Translations under genes and position numbers: made by a program | Notes under the pieces: generated by a model | Told to the model about the DNA's origin: nothing | Seen by the model: only the letters and a program-made list of their open reading frames with translations | Database searches by the model: none | Shown: piece by piece, positions 26,955-36,884 of the stretch | Position numbering within the stretch: position 1 is the first letter of the stretch | Layout of the letters: each line of letters opens with the position of its first letter | DNA from: a virus | Lineage: Duplodnaviria > Caudoviricetes | Strand: one strand, 5' to 3' | Virus record (IMG/VR): IMGVR_UViG_3300035428_000399 | Coordinates: 1-64,000 of that record | DNA length: 64,000 bases

Positions 26955-29634
26955 AATATACCTCATAGAGAAGGACGCGGAGGGCTATTATGAATTGTAT
27001 TTTTATAATAGCCCTGCTTTGGCATACTTTATCCAGAAGATACCGTCTGCCCGCTTCATCATGCGCGACAGATGTTGGCGCGTGAATCTCCAAGACCGCC
27101 TATTCGTCCGCGAATTCTGTGATTATGCTGTGCGGCGCCGGCTAGCATCTTCAGTATGCCGTGTCGGCGACCGTGCGGAGGTGCAGGGCTATCCCGACAA
27201 GATGCCCGACCTGCAATATCCAATTACCCATCTGAAGCTTCAGCCCTACGACTATCAAAGGAAAGGGATTCAGTACATGGTGGACCACAAGAGGTGTTTC
27301 AACGGCGACGATATGGGTCTTGGTAAAGATCAGCCCTACTCTGAGCCTATACTAACCCCTCATGGATTTGTGCCCATGGGAGACTTGAAAGTCGGAGATA
27401 ATGTCGTAGGCGCAGATGGTAAAGCGGCAAAAGTGCTCAATATCTTTGAGCAAGGTATAAAAGATGTCTACACAGTCAGGTTTAGCGATGGGACGCAAAC
27501 CCGGTGTGGATTAGAGCATCTGTGGAATGTAATAACGCCTAATTGGAAACGGAGAGGAAGTGGGTACAAAGTGCTCCAACTTTCGGACATAATTGGTGAC
27601 CTATGCTACGAGGTGGTAGATAAGCGAGATAATATAACGCGAAAGAATTACAAGTATTCTATCCCGTTATGCCGACCGGTAGAGTTTTCAAGTGCGGCGA
27701 ATCTACCTATTCCACCGTATGTGCTTGGCGTTATCATAGGCGACGGATGTCTTACAGCTCATGGTACAAGAATATCGAAGCCGAATATTAACGTCAGAGA
27801 CGCCGTTGTTTCCGAACTAAGAATTGTCGGCTCGAATGACGTTGTAGGTGGTTTTACGAAAGACGGAATGTCGTTTACCATAAAAAACAAAATTGGCAAC
27901 CGACCCAGTAGTACGACGGAGGCTTTGAGGGAGCTCGGTCTATTTGGAATCACATCTAAACGCAAGTATATCCCTGATGTATATAAATATTCAACCGTGC
28001 AAGATCGCCAGGATTTATTGCGGGGCTTGATAGATACGGATGGGCATGTCGTGAAAACTGATTTCATAGAATATAGCACAGCCTCGCCAAAATTAGCAGA
28101 AGATGTGGCTTTTGTCGCACGCTCATTGGGCTATATGGCTCGATGTGAATACAGAGAGTCCGCATACAACAATGAAGGAAAGAAATTCGGTAATTACAGA
28201 GTTTATCTGTATGGAAGAACGTGCAGAAAAAATAAGACTATCACTAGCATAGAGCACTTTGGAAAAGAATTATCTCGATGCATAGTTGTAGATAATGAAG
28301 ATCACCTCTATCTGACGAGAGATTTTATTGTGACGCACAACACATTCCAGTCAATCGCGGCCGTCTCGATTGCGCGGGCTTATCCTTGCCTTGTGGTGGC
28401 GCCGGCGACAATGAAAGTAACCTGGCAACGGGAGTTTCAGCGTTTCATCGGCAAGCAGGCTATGATTCTCTCCAATGAGAACAAAGACACATGGCACCGC
28501 CACATGGAGACGGGCACCTGCAATATCTTCATCACGAACTATGAGAGTGTCAAGAAATATTTCGTGAGCCGGATCCGTGGCCGGACTACCGTCAAGAATA
28601 TCGTCCTCGATAAGAGAGCCGCCATGTTCAAGTCGGTAATCATTGATGAATCCCATCGGTGCTGCAACAACACTGCGTTATGGTCGATATATCTTGAGGC
28701 TATATGCGCAAACAAGGAATATGTATGGCTATTGACTGGTACTCCTCGCATAACGAGCAATGTTGACTTGATTCAGCAGCTTCAGATAATGCGGCGACTT
28801 GAAGACTTCGGCGGAGCCGCAAGATTCAGGGAACGCTATTGTCAAGGACCGGATAAATCGTCCAATCTCTATGAGCTACACTACCGCCTATGGGAAATAT
28901 GCTACTTCCGAAGGGATAAAGCTATCGCTCTGAAAGACCTCCCGGAGAAAACCCGCCAATATCTCACTGTGGATATCGATAACCGCAAGGAGTATGAATT
29001 TGCCGAGAATGACCTTATCCGCTATCTCGAGGAATATGAGTCTGCTTCCGATGCCACTCTCAAGAGTGCTGCCAAGGCTACGGCTATGGTACAGATTAAC
29101 CATCTGCGTCAAATATCTGCTCGTGGCAAGATGAAAGAGGCGAAGCAATTCATTCACGATGTTATCGACGGCGGCGACAAGCTAATAGTATTCGCTTTCC
29201 ACAAGTCGGTAATGTCGGAGATAATGGCTACGTTCCCCGGCAGTGTCTCCGTGACGGGCTCCGATTCGCAGGAGAAGAAGCAGGCGGCTATCGACAAGTT
29301 CCAGAATGCCCCCGACTGCAAGCTGATTGCCCTCAACTACAAGTCCGGCGGCGTGGGCATCACCTTGACTGCGGCATCGAGGATATTGTTCATCGAGTTT
29401 CCCTGGACTGCTTCGGACTGCGAGCAGGCGGAATGTCGAGCCCATCGCAACGGCCAGAAGAACGCTGTCAACTGCTACTATCTTTTGGCGCGGAATACTA
29501 TCGATGAAAGAATACTTGAGATCATTCAGAAAGAGCGCGAAGATTCAAGCGTCGTTACCGGCGCTATCAACAATATCGAGGAAAGCATTGTGGACGCGAC
29601 CCTCAGACACTTTAAAAGCAAACATAAAATTTGA
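26947..29634 (+). CDS. SNF2-family helicase interrupted by an intein
   Basis: GDDMGLGK|T, IIDESH, LLTGTP, GVGITLTAAS, QAECRAHRNGQ. Confidence 0.9.
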   Translation: MNEIYLIEKDAEGYYELYFYNSPALAYFIQKIPSARFIMRDRCWRVNLQDRLFVREFCDYAVRRRLASSVCRVGDRAEVQGYPDKMPDLQYPITHLKLQPYDYQRKGIQYMVDHKRCFNGDDMGLGKDQPYSEPILTPHGFVPMGDLKVGDNVVGADGKAAKVLNIFEQGIKDVYTVRFSDGTQTRCGLEHLWNVITPNWKRRGSGYKVLQLSDIIGDLCYEVVDKRDNITRKNYKYSIPLCRPVEFSSAANLPIPPYVLGVIIGDGCLTAHGTRISKPNINVRDAVVSELRIVGSNDVVGGFTKDGMSFTIKNKIGNRPSSTTEALRELGLFGITSKRKYIPDVYKYSTVQDRQDLLRGLIDTDGHVVKTDFIEYSTASPKLAEDVAFVARSLGYMARCEYRESAYNNEGKKFGNYRVYLYGRTCRKNKTITSIEHFGKELSRCIVVDNEDHLYLTRDFIVTHNTFQSIAAVSIARAYPCLVVAPATMKVTWQREFQRFIGKQAMILSNENKDTWHRHMETGTCNIFITNYESVKKYFVSRIRGRTTVKNIVLDKRAAMFKSVIIDESHRCCNNTALWSIYLEAICANKEYVWLLTGTPRITSNVDLIQQLQIMRRLEDFGGAARFRERYCQGPDKSSNLYELHYRLWEICYFRRDKAIALKDLPEKTRQYLTVDIDNRKEYEFAENDLIRYLEEYESASDATLKSAAKATAMVQINHLRQISARGKMKEAKQFIHDVIDGGDKLIVFAFHKSVMSEIMATFPGSVSVTGSDSQEKKQAAIDKFQNAPDCKLIALNYKSGGVGITLTAASRILFIEFPWTASDCEQAECRAHRNGQKNAVNCYYLLARNTIDERILEIIQKEREDSSVVTGAINNIEESIVDATLRHFKSKHKI
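27328..28341 (+). mobile_element. class 3 intein with LAGLIDADG homing endonuclease (338 aa), inserted in Walker A
   Basis: starts D-QPYSEPILTP, block B EHLW, block F SRCIVVD, ends IVTHN/T; LGVIIGDG and LRGLIDTDG motifs. Confidence 0.9.
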
Positions 29635-29637
29635 ATA

Positions 29638-29877
29638 ATGGCAACCGTAAGAGACAAAATCTTCCTTCGCATGAAGGAACTCGACGTTAAGCAGACCGAG
29701 TTGAGCGAGAAAGTCGGTATCAAGACTCAGAACCTCTCAGCCTACCTCCGAGGAAAGCGCACGATTCCATTCGATGTGCTTGAGAAAATATGTATGGTGC
29801 TGGGCTTGACCCTCGGCAGCACCGATGTTGTGTATCAACCTTCTAAACCCAATCCCGATGTTCAGAGAAAAGATTAA
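29638..29877 (+). CDS. XRE HTH protein
   Basis: VKQTELSEKVGIKTQNLSAYLRG. Confidence 0.8.
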   Translation: MATVRDKIFLRMKELDVKQTELSEKVGIKTQNLSAYLRGKRTIPFDVLEKICMVLGLTLGSTDVVYQPSKPNPDVQRKD

Positions 29878-30094
29878 AGGAAAGATGAACGAGTGCGGCA
29901 TTTCCGTAAAGGAACTGTCTGAGCAGACGAAGATTAACCCCAGCACAATCTCGTCATTTCTAGTTGGCAACCGCGCTATCAGCAACGAGAATCTTGACAC
30001 GATTCTCGCGGCACTTGAACTCACGTTGGTGCCGAAGGCGAAGTTCACATATCAGGGCAACGAACCCCAGATTGACCCCGGTGTAAAGGTGTGA
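29858..30094 (+). CDS. XRE HTH protein
   Basis: ISVKELSEQTKINPSTISSFLVG. Confidence 0.75.
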   Translation: MFREKIKGKMNECGISVKELSEQTKINPSTISSFLVGNRAISNENLDTILAALELTLVPKAKFTYQGNEPQIDPGVKV

Positions 30095-30168
30095 TGTCTT
30101 ACGTCGAGTATTTACAAATTTTACAGTATCCATGAAATAGGCTAAAGTTGTCAAAATATCAGCAGTGA

Positions 30169-31530
30169 ATGAGTGCGGTCGAGGTCCACGTTTTCAGCAA
30201 GCAAGCTCAGGCACTTGACTATCTGTCTCCCGACGATAGTGAGGTGTCCGAGGTGCTGTATGGTGGCGGAGCGCGTGGAGGTAAGACCTATCTCGGTTGC
30301 CTATGGCAAATACTGCGGAGAATAACGATGGCCGGATCCGTAGGCTTCATCTGTCGAGAAGAGAGTGTGAAGCTGCGTGATACGACTGTCGTTACTTTTT
30401 TTGAGGTTTTGACAGACTTACGCCTGAACTCGGTAGTAGAATTCAACTCGACGCGACTTATAGCCAATTTCTCCAACGGGAGCGTGATATATTTTCGCGA
30501 CCTGAAGCTCATGCCCTCCGACCCGGAGTATGACCGTCTCGGTTCCTATGGTATCACGGACTGTTTCATCGACGAAGCCCAGCAGATATGCGCCAAGGCT
30601 ATCTCGGTTCTCAAAGGACGTTTCTCTGTTCTTAGTGGCAAGAACCCAGACGGCACTAGATGGCATACCATCCCGAAAGCCCTTTACACTTGTAACCCCC
30701 GCCGTAACTGGATATACACGGACTTTGTGAAGCCGGCGAAGATGGGAACGATGGCGCCGCACCGACGTTTCATCAAATCCCTGCCTCTTGACAATCCCCA
30801 TGTGGACCAGGCTTACATTGACAACTTGCTCAAAGCGGACAAAGTTACAGTGCAGCGTCTATACTTTGGCAATTTTGAATATGATGACGACCCGGCGACG
30901 CTCTGCGATTTCGATGCGATCAACGACCTCTTCACGAATGAGCATGTTCTCCCCAAGCCTGCGAGGTCTTGCTCGGCCGACATAGCCCTGAAAGGACACG
31001 ATAGGTTTATCGTAACTGTATGGGAAGGAAATGTATGCCGTATCGTTGTCGATGAGGCCTATTCCCCCGGTAAGCAGGTTTACGAAACTCTGCGCGATGT
31101 TCTCAAGAAAGAGAAGGTCCCTCGTTCTTACACGATAGTCGATGCCGACGGTGTGGGCAGCTATCTGGAGAGTTTCTTGCCGGGCATCAAGGAATTTCAC
31201 GGCGGAGGTCAGCCCAACAACCGGGCCAAGTATGAAAACCTGCGAGCTGAGTGCTACTTCAAACTGGCCGAGCTTATCAACGAGCGCAAGATTCGTGTAA
31301 TATGTACCGATGAGCAACGCGAAAGGCTGATGGAGGAACTGGGTGCCCTCAAGCAGGCATACATCGACAATGATGTGCGCCGTAAGGGTATCATTCCGAA
31401 AGAGACTATGAAGATTATCATAGGTCGTTCTCCAGACTATATGGACGCGCTTATGATGAATATGTTCTTCCGCCGGACCAAGCCTACCAATGGGGCGAAG
31501 ATGGCAGTTAAGTCGTACAGCACTGAATAA
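30169..31530 (+). CDS. terL: terminase large subunit
   Basis: LYGGGARGGKT, FIDEAQQ, TCNP; nuclease motifs SADIA, IVDADGVG, SPDYMDAL. Confidence 0.92.
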   Translation: MSAVEVHVFSKQAQALDYLSPDDSEVSEVLYGGGARGGKTYLGCLWQILRRITMAGSVGFICREESVKLRDTTVVTFFEVLTDLRLNSVVEFNSTRLIANFSNGSVIYFRDLKLMPSDPEYDRLGSYGITDCFIDEAQQICAKAISVLKGRFSVLSGKNPDGTRWHTIPKALYTCNPRRNWIYTDFVKPAKMGTMAPHRRFIKSLPLDNPHVDQAYIDNLLKADKVTVQRLYFGNFEYDDDPATLCDFDAINDLFTNEHVLPKPARSCSADIALKGHDRFIVTVWEGNVCRIVVDEAYSPGKQVYETLRDVLKKEKVPRSYTIVDADGVGSYLESFLPGIKEFHGGGQPNNRAKYENLRAECYFKLAELINERKIRVICTDEQRERLMEELGALKQAYIDNDVRRKGIIPKETMKIIIGRSPDYMDALMMNMFFRRTKPTNGAKMAVKSYSTE

Positions 31531-31595
31531 AATCATGCAGTTAGTAATCACAAACGTCTGGGCATCACCCGGAGTAATGTAAGTAACTTTGAGAT

Positions 31596-32198
31596 ATGAA
31601 TAAGAGCCGAAATAGCAAAAAACGCAGAACGCGGACGCAACGCCGGTACACCTATGGGGAGTTTCTGGTGCTGTTCCCTTGTTGTCGCAAGACGCACCAG
31701 GACGAGCTGATGGCTACTCTCGCGAAGGCGAAGTGTCCCGGATTTATCTGTGGTAAGGAAGTTCCAAAAGACCTTTTCGCCATAAGCTACGGCAAGCTCG
31801 ATGAACTGCGTAATGCCGCGAGTGCCGATGATCCTGCCGCCGAGTGCCTGAGAATACTTCTCGGTATAAATCCCGTTGAGGTTTATCGCTTGAACGTATT
31901 CGATGTTTTCGGCTTCATGCACTTTTGCAAGGACCAGATAGAGAAAATCAACAAACTCTTCTCGTCGCTGAAAGTGAATTACTCTTCCGAAGAACTGTCG
32001 GCCGGTGTGAAAGACTTACAGTTCGGTCCGTTTGGAGTCCTTGACTGGTACGCTCGCCGCATGGGTATCACGAATCAGAACGAGGTTCGCGAGGTAGCGT
32101 GGGTGCGTATCTACAATTGCATGAAGAATGATACGGAGCAGAACAATTATGAGCGCCGTCTTCACAAACAGTATATGAACCAAGCGAAAAGAAAATGA
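31596..32198 (+). CDS. virion morphogenesis protein (function uncertain)
   Basis: position between terL and the tail genes. Confidence 0.5.
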   Translation: MNKSRNSKKRRTRTQRRYTYGEFLVLFPCCRKTHQDELMATLAKAKCPGFICGKEVPKDLFAISYGKLDELRNAASADDPAAECLRILLGINPVEVYRLNVFDVFGFMHFCKDQIEKINKLFSSLKVNYSSEELSAGVKDLQFGPFGVLDWYARRMGITNQNEVREVAWVRIYNCMKNDTEQNNYERRLHKQYMNQAKRK

Positions 32199-32692
32199 GC
32201 AATCCGGCATTCGATACTGACAAAACACTCGGCACGGTCGAGGGCAAAGTGCGCGACATCGTAGAGAAGATGGGCGAAGACGTAGAGTACCGTTTTTACA
32301 ACTGGGCGAAGCTCAATGTGGAAATGGATACCATTACGAAGCCTACGATTGTGTATGTCCTCCCACCATCGGGCGACTTCTATGTAGATTTATATGCTCA
32401 AGAGATACGCGACTATCCCGAAGCTCAGATTGCTTTTCTTTGCTCAACGGAGTTTGACTTCGAGAGCGAAGAGAATGATGCTCTTATCGAGCAGATGAAG
32501 CGACTGTGCTACAAATTCATCAAGGCGGTCAACGAGAGTGGCTATTTCTCGCAGTTGGATGGCAAGCTCCCTTACCAAGTTCTATACGACCACCTCGACG
32601 AGAATGTGACCGGGGTAGTAATTACGCCCGTTCTCGAAGAGGAAGTGGGGGTATCTATTTGCGATGAGGGATACAAGAATCCTGAAGAATAA
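32195..32692 (+). CDS. probable neck / tail terminator-like protein
   Basis: acidic 165 aa in the structural cluster. Confidence 0.45.
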   Translation: MSNPAFDTDKTLGTVEGKVRDIVEKMGEDVEYRFYNWAKLNVEMDTITKPTIVYVLPPSGDFYVDLYAQEIRDYPEAQIAFLCSTEFDFESEENDALIEQMKRLCYKFIKAVNESGYFSQLDGKLPYQVLYDHLDENVTGVVITPVLEEEVGVSICDEGYKNPEE

Positions 32693-32703
32693 ACATATAG
32701 GAT

Positions 32704-33183
32704 ATGGCAGATAGCAACGAAATACTCAGGCAACATCTGACGAATATCAAAAACCGTATTGCGGAGCGAATGGCGGCGAGTCATCGTAACGCCAGCGGCC
32801 GCAGTGTGGCTTCGCTCAAAGTTGAAGTGGACGACGGTCATGCCGTTCTGTGGGGAGCCAAGTCTTTCCTTGTGATGGAGAAAGGTCGTGGACCTGGTGC
32901 TGTCCCGGCGGGATTCATTGAAATCATTATGGACTGGGCCAAAGCGAAGGGTATATCTGCCAGTGCTAAGTCCGGACAGAATGTGAGCAAGGAAACCGCC
33001 ATGCGCTCGTTTGCCGGCGCGGTGGCTTACAATATCATGAAGAAGGGCACGAAGATACATAGGACCAAACAGTACGACGACATTTTCACAACAGTGCTAA
33101 ATGAAGAGCTTGATAAGATGAGCGAGGCTATGGCTATTAATCTGCTCGACCAAGTGTCGACCATAAATGACAGTACGCAATGA
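32704..33183 (+). CDS. probable neck / tail-completion protein
   Basis: ASGRSVASL...EKGRGPG...IMDWAKAKGI pattern typical of phage neck proteins. Confidence 0.55.
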   Translation: MADSNEILRQHLTNIKNRIAERMAASHRNASGRSVASLKVEVDDGHAVLWGAKSFLVMEKGRGPGAVPAGFIEIIMDWAKAKGISASAKSGQNVSKETAMRSFAGAVAYNIMKKGTKIHRTKQYDDIFTTVLNEELDKMSEAMAINLLDQVSTINDSTQ

Positions 33184-34652
33184 GAAAGCAAGAGATTTCA
33201 ATAAATGTGAACTCCATGTATTTGGGGCAAATGCACATCGAATATCCAGACGAAGTTGTGTTTGTCTTCAACCCTCTTTATATAGGGCTGACGCTTGAGC
33301 CCATTCAGGATGCTTACAAGTTCTCATATCTTAAATTTTCAATCAGCACCGGCTCCAATAATAGCGGTACTTCTAAGATAATCGAGGCCTATCTCTACAA
33401 TGGTAAGACGCGCCTCTATATGTCGAAGATAATGGAGTTATTCTTTACTGATGCGCGTTTTGAGAGAAGCAAAACATTGTTCGCCAACATTATCGTAAGC
33501 GGTAAAGTCGTATGGAGCGTTTCATTCATCTGCATCTGGGGAAATCTCGCAGTCGGCGACCGTTTCGCCCACTATGGTGCGTTCAAACTGGATAAGAACA
33601 GACCTTATTTCGAGAGGAAGCGTATATGGTTCAGGAATTACCCATTCACAGTTTCTCTATTTGCTCATGGTTGGGGTTCCAAAGATCGCGGTGTGAGTGC
33701 GAGATACGACGGCAAAGCCTATGACAAGAGTCTGCAAATTCACTATCCCCCTATTTGGGGTGTAATCAACAGCATCGAAGATGAGTGCATTAACGGTCTG
33801 TATGAAGCCGATACCACAGGAGACGGCGACTTCCTTGAAGGTGCGGTTTTTGACAAACAAGAACAATGTTTCTATGGATCTTCTGATGATTATATCTTAT
33901 ACAAGAATTGGACGGCCGGTATTCTTATGCCTGGACCAGAGGAATTCAACCTCAACGGTAAGGCAAGAACAGATAGAATATGGGCGATGCAGTCCGGGCG
34001 CTTAGTCCGCTATGATTCTCGCATAGGAGAACTTGTTGAGATTCCCTATGGAAGGAGCAGTGAAATCGGCATATACGAAATATGCCCTGAACTTGCTTTC
34101 CCGCAGGCGAAGAAGACAGTTACTCTTAAACAGAAAGGCGAGCAGGTTGAAGTTAAGACCAGCCCGTTTGATGCTTCATTCGATTATACCTTCTGGTTAT
34201 CCAATGAAATGTCAACAATAACGGAATTGACAATCGATTATTCCACTGTCGGTCATTACCTGCGGTGGATTGATCGCTTCGGTATGTTCCAATATTTTCT
34301 TTTCGTAAAGGGCAAGGAGACAATGAAGAATAAACTAAGCTCGAATACCGTGGTCGAGGACTACACTGTCGGTGGTATGTATTTCGCTAACCATGAGCGT
34401 AACATTCACATTGAAGGTACGAAAACAGTCAAGTGTTGCGCTGTATCGTTGCCCCAGGAGATATACGACTATGTGTCATCAATCATCGCGTCGCCTATCA
34501 TTGACCTTTATATGGGAAAGACCCGATTTGGAGACGAAATGTGGGTACCCGTCAATATAGTTGCTGCCAATCACGATTTCAAGCCTGACGAGCTACTTCA
34601 CGACCTCGAAATATCATTCACATTGCCACCCGTTAACGCGCAAACGCTGTAA
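33180..34652 (+). CDS. tail structural protein
   Basis: YLRWIDRFGMFQYFLF motif; structural cluster. Confidence 0.6.
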   Translation: MRKQEISINVNSMYLGQMHIEYPDEVVFVFNPLYIGLTLEPIQDAYKFSYLKFSISTGSNNSGTSKIIEAYLYNGKTRLYMSKIMELFFTDARFERSKTLFANIIVSGKVVWSVSFICIWGNLAVGDRFAHYGAFKLDKNRPYFERKRIWFRNYPFTVSLFAHGWGSKDRGVSARYDGKAYDKSLQIHYPPIWGVINSIEDECINGLYEADTTGDGDFLEGAVFDKQEQCFYGSSDDYILYKNWTAGILMPGPEEFNLNGKARTDRIWAMQSGRLVRYDSRIGELVEIPYGRSSEIGIYEICPELAFPQAKKTVTLKQKGEQVEVKTSPFDASFDYTFWLSNEMSTITELTIDYSTVGHYLRWIDRFGMFQYFLFVKGKETMKNKLSSNTVVEDYTVGGMYFANHERNIHIEGTKTVKCCAVSLPQEIYDYVSSIIASPIIDLYMGKTRFGDEMWVPVNIVAANHDFKPDELLHDLEISFTLPPVNAQTL

Positions 34653-36883
34653 TGTACGAAGAATTATACATAATCAAAGACGGAGAGCGTCACAAGTTAG
34701 ACCTGAACTGTCCGAGTGGGATTACTCTAAACTTCAAGAGTAATCTCTTCGGCGATTTGTCTAAAATTTCAGCCTCGTATTCATATACATTCAAGTTGCC
34801 TATGACATTGAATAATCGATTGGCACTTGATACCCCTGAAGATATTCGACGTAATTCCACGACAACACGTCATAAATATAAATGTGAATTTTGGCAGAAC
34901 GGTGTCGATCTATTTAGTGAGGCCAATCTTTACGTTGACACTACGGATTCTCAAAACTACAATGCTGTAATGACATGGGGCGTTGTCGCCGGATTTGAGG
35001 CTCTGAAAGATAACGACCTTTCACTACGAGAAATTGGCAACGGAGTGAATGAACTTGGAAGATACGGTAGTATTTGGCTCCCGACTCCGGATGATTTCGA
35101 CAATGATACTTTGCTGTTGCATCCATACCGGGGATTAGGTATCTATGAAGAATCAAAAGGAAAAGTATGGTGCCTTGTCAATTCCGAAAACAAGCCGGTC
35201 AGCGGAACCAATATACCAGTTGTTCCAATTCAATATATAATTGACAGAATAAATCGTACCTACGGCACTCGCTTTAATCTTGGTAATATTTACGATGGGC
35301 GTAGCTGGGATAATAATACTCATTCCTACATACCAAATGGGGACAGTGTGATTATAAGCCGAGGCGTAGTGCCATTGGTTAAAACTGGTTTGACCGATGA
35401 ACAATATGCCGTAAGGACGGCAATTCTTACAAACTTCCAATCCCACAACTATAAACTCGTTTTAGGAAGTCTGGAAATCAATCTGCCATTTGATGCTTGG
35501 GATGGTAATAAATATCCACAAATAATATCGTTCGATATCCAGCAACCGCAGAATAACAACTATTTCACAGTTGGTAGCGGGGGCAACGTAACCCCCTCCA
35601 TTAACTGGGTTTTTTATAAGAAGAACTCCACCGGCAGTAAGATCGTATTAGTAGAAAAGTTTAAACTTGACGGCCATATTCGCGTGGTATTTGATGGTTG
35701 GACAACAGCAGAGTCTAAAATGAGTGTATACCACCGTGTAGCTGAGATAGACAACGACGATCCAACAAAAATCAATTACACCATGAAAGAGGTAGGTAGT
35801 GTTACCGGTCGTTTCGTGTCCTACGAAAATATTGATGGAAAAACTTGTGATGTAATAGAATTCGATTTCAGAAAAAGCCATGGTCTAAGCTCTATCGAAA
35901 TTGAAGACGGAGGCAGTTCTAGTGCCTATCCTTTCTTCTTCAATTTTAACAGGACTGTGAAACGAATAGTTGAGGGTAGAGTTGAAATCACACCCATGGG
36001 AATGCTTTCAGACGATGTTGTCAATAAAGGATACGAAACTGATGTCTTCAGTAATCTACCAGACATTAGCTGTCTGGAATTCATGAAATCGTTATTTTAT
36101 GTTATAGGAGCATTCCCCGGCTTATCACGTGATGGAGAAATAATTCCTCTCCGTTACAGCACAATTCGCAAAAACATAAGCAATGGTAATGTTGCTGACT
36201 GGAGCGAGAAAATTATCACTGCAGTCCATGAGAATCCCGAAAAGATAGCGTTTAAAGTGAGCGGCTTCGGACAGAACAATTACTTTCTCATGAAAAACGA
36301 TGATCTCGACCATACGGAACCGGAGGAAGGAGAGGATGTATATGAAACTGGAAAAATGAAAATTGTTTGCGACAATAATTCATTGGAGAGAAACAAAACG
36401 ATAATTCAAATTCCTTGGTTCGGTCCATACCTCAAAAGTGGTAAGTGTCCGTCATTGGCAACTGAAAAGGATATGAAGTATCAAGAGTTTGACCCTAACG
36501 ACTATAAATATTCTAACTGCGAAGCTAAGCCGGCACTCGGACTCATTGTGCCTGGAGCCGAAGGAACATATAAATCCTCATATGATAGCAGTGGCAATTT
36601 ATTAAGTGAGACCTATACTCCGAATGGGATGTACCGAATGTTCATGGTTGTTCTAAATCCATTTCGCGATGTGTATGAAAGTGATGACTATGACTATCTC
36701 CAAGAAATAGTATATCACCCGTACATAATCACGGAAAGTTTTAGACTCGACGAATTCGATTTGAGAGATATAGATTTCACGCGCCCTGTATATCTGGAGA
36801 AGTACAATGCCTATTTCGCGATTGTATCAATCCAGCGTGATGCCAATGGCAAATGTAAATGCGAACTTATAAAACTCCCGTGA
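34652..36883 (+). CDS. tail / baseplate hub-like protein
   Basis: ISASYSYTFKLPMTLNNR N-terminus, PVYLEKYNAYF C-terminus, AT-richer central region. Confidence 0.65.
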   Translation: MYEELYIIKDGERHKLDLNCPSGITLNFKSNLFGDLSKISASYSYTFKLPMTLNNRLALDTPEDIRRNSTTTRHKYKCEFWQNGVDLFSEANLYVDTTDSQNYNAVMTWGVVAGFEALKDNDLSLREIGNGVNELGRYGSIWLPTPDDFDNDTLLLHPYRGLGIYEESKGKVWCLVNSENKPVSGTNIPVVPIQYIIDRINRTYGTRFNLGNIYDGRSWDNNTHSYIPNGDSVIISRGVVPLVKTGLTDEQYAVRTAILTNFQSHNYKLVLGSLEINLPFDAWDGNKYPQIISFDIQQPQNNNYFTVGSGGNVTPSINWVFYKKNSTGSKIVLVEKFKLDGHIRVVFDGWTTAESKMSVYHRVAEIDNDDPTKINYTMKEVGSVTGRFVSYENIDGKTCDVIEFDFRKSHGLSSIEIEDGGSSSAYPFFFNFNRTVKRIVEGRVEITPMGMLSDDVVNKGYETDVFSNLPDISCLEFMKSLFYVIGAFPGLSRDGEIIPLRYSTIRKNISNGNVADWSEKIITAVHENPEKIAFKVSGFGQNNYFLMKNDDLDHTEPEEGEDVYETGKMKIVCDNNSLERNKTIIQIPWFGPYLKSGKCPSLATEKDMKYQEFDPNDYKYSNCEAKPALGLIVPGAEGTYKSSYDSSGNLLSETYTPNGMYRMFMVVLNPFRDVYESDDYDYLQEIVYHPYIITESFRLDEFDLRDIDFTRPVYLEKYNAYFAIVSIQRDANGKCKCELIKLP

Positions 36884-36884
36884 T

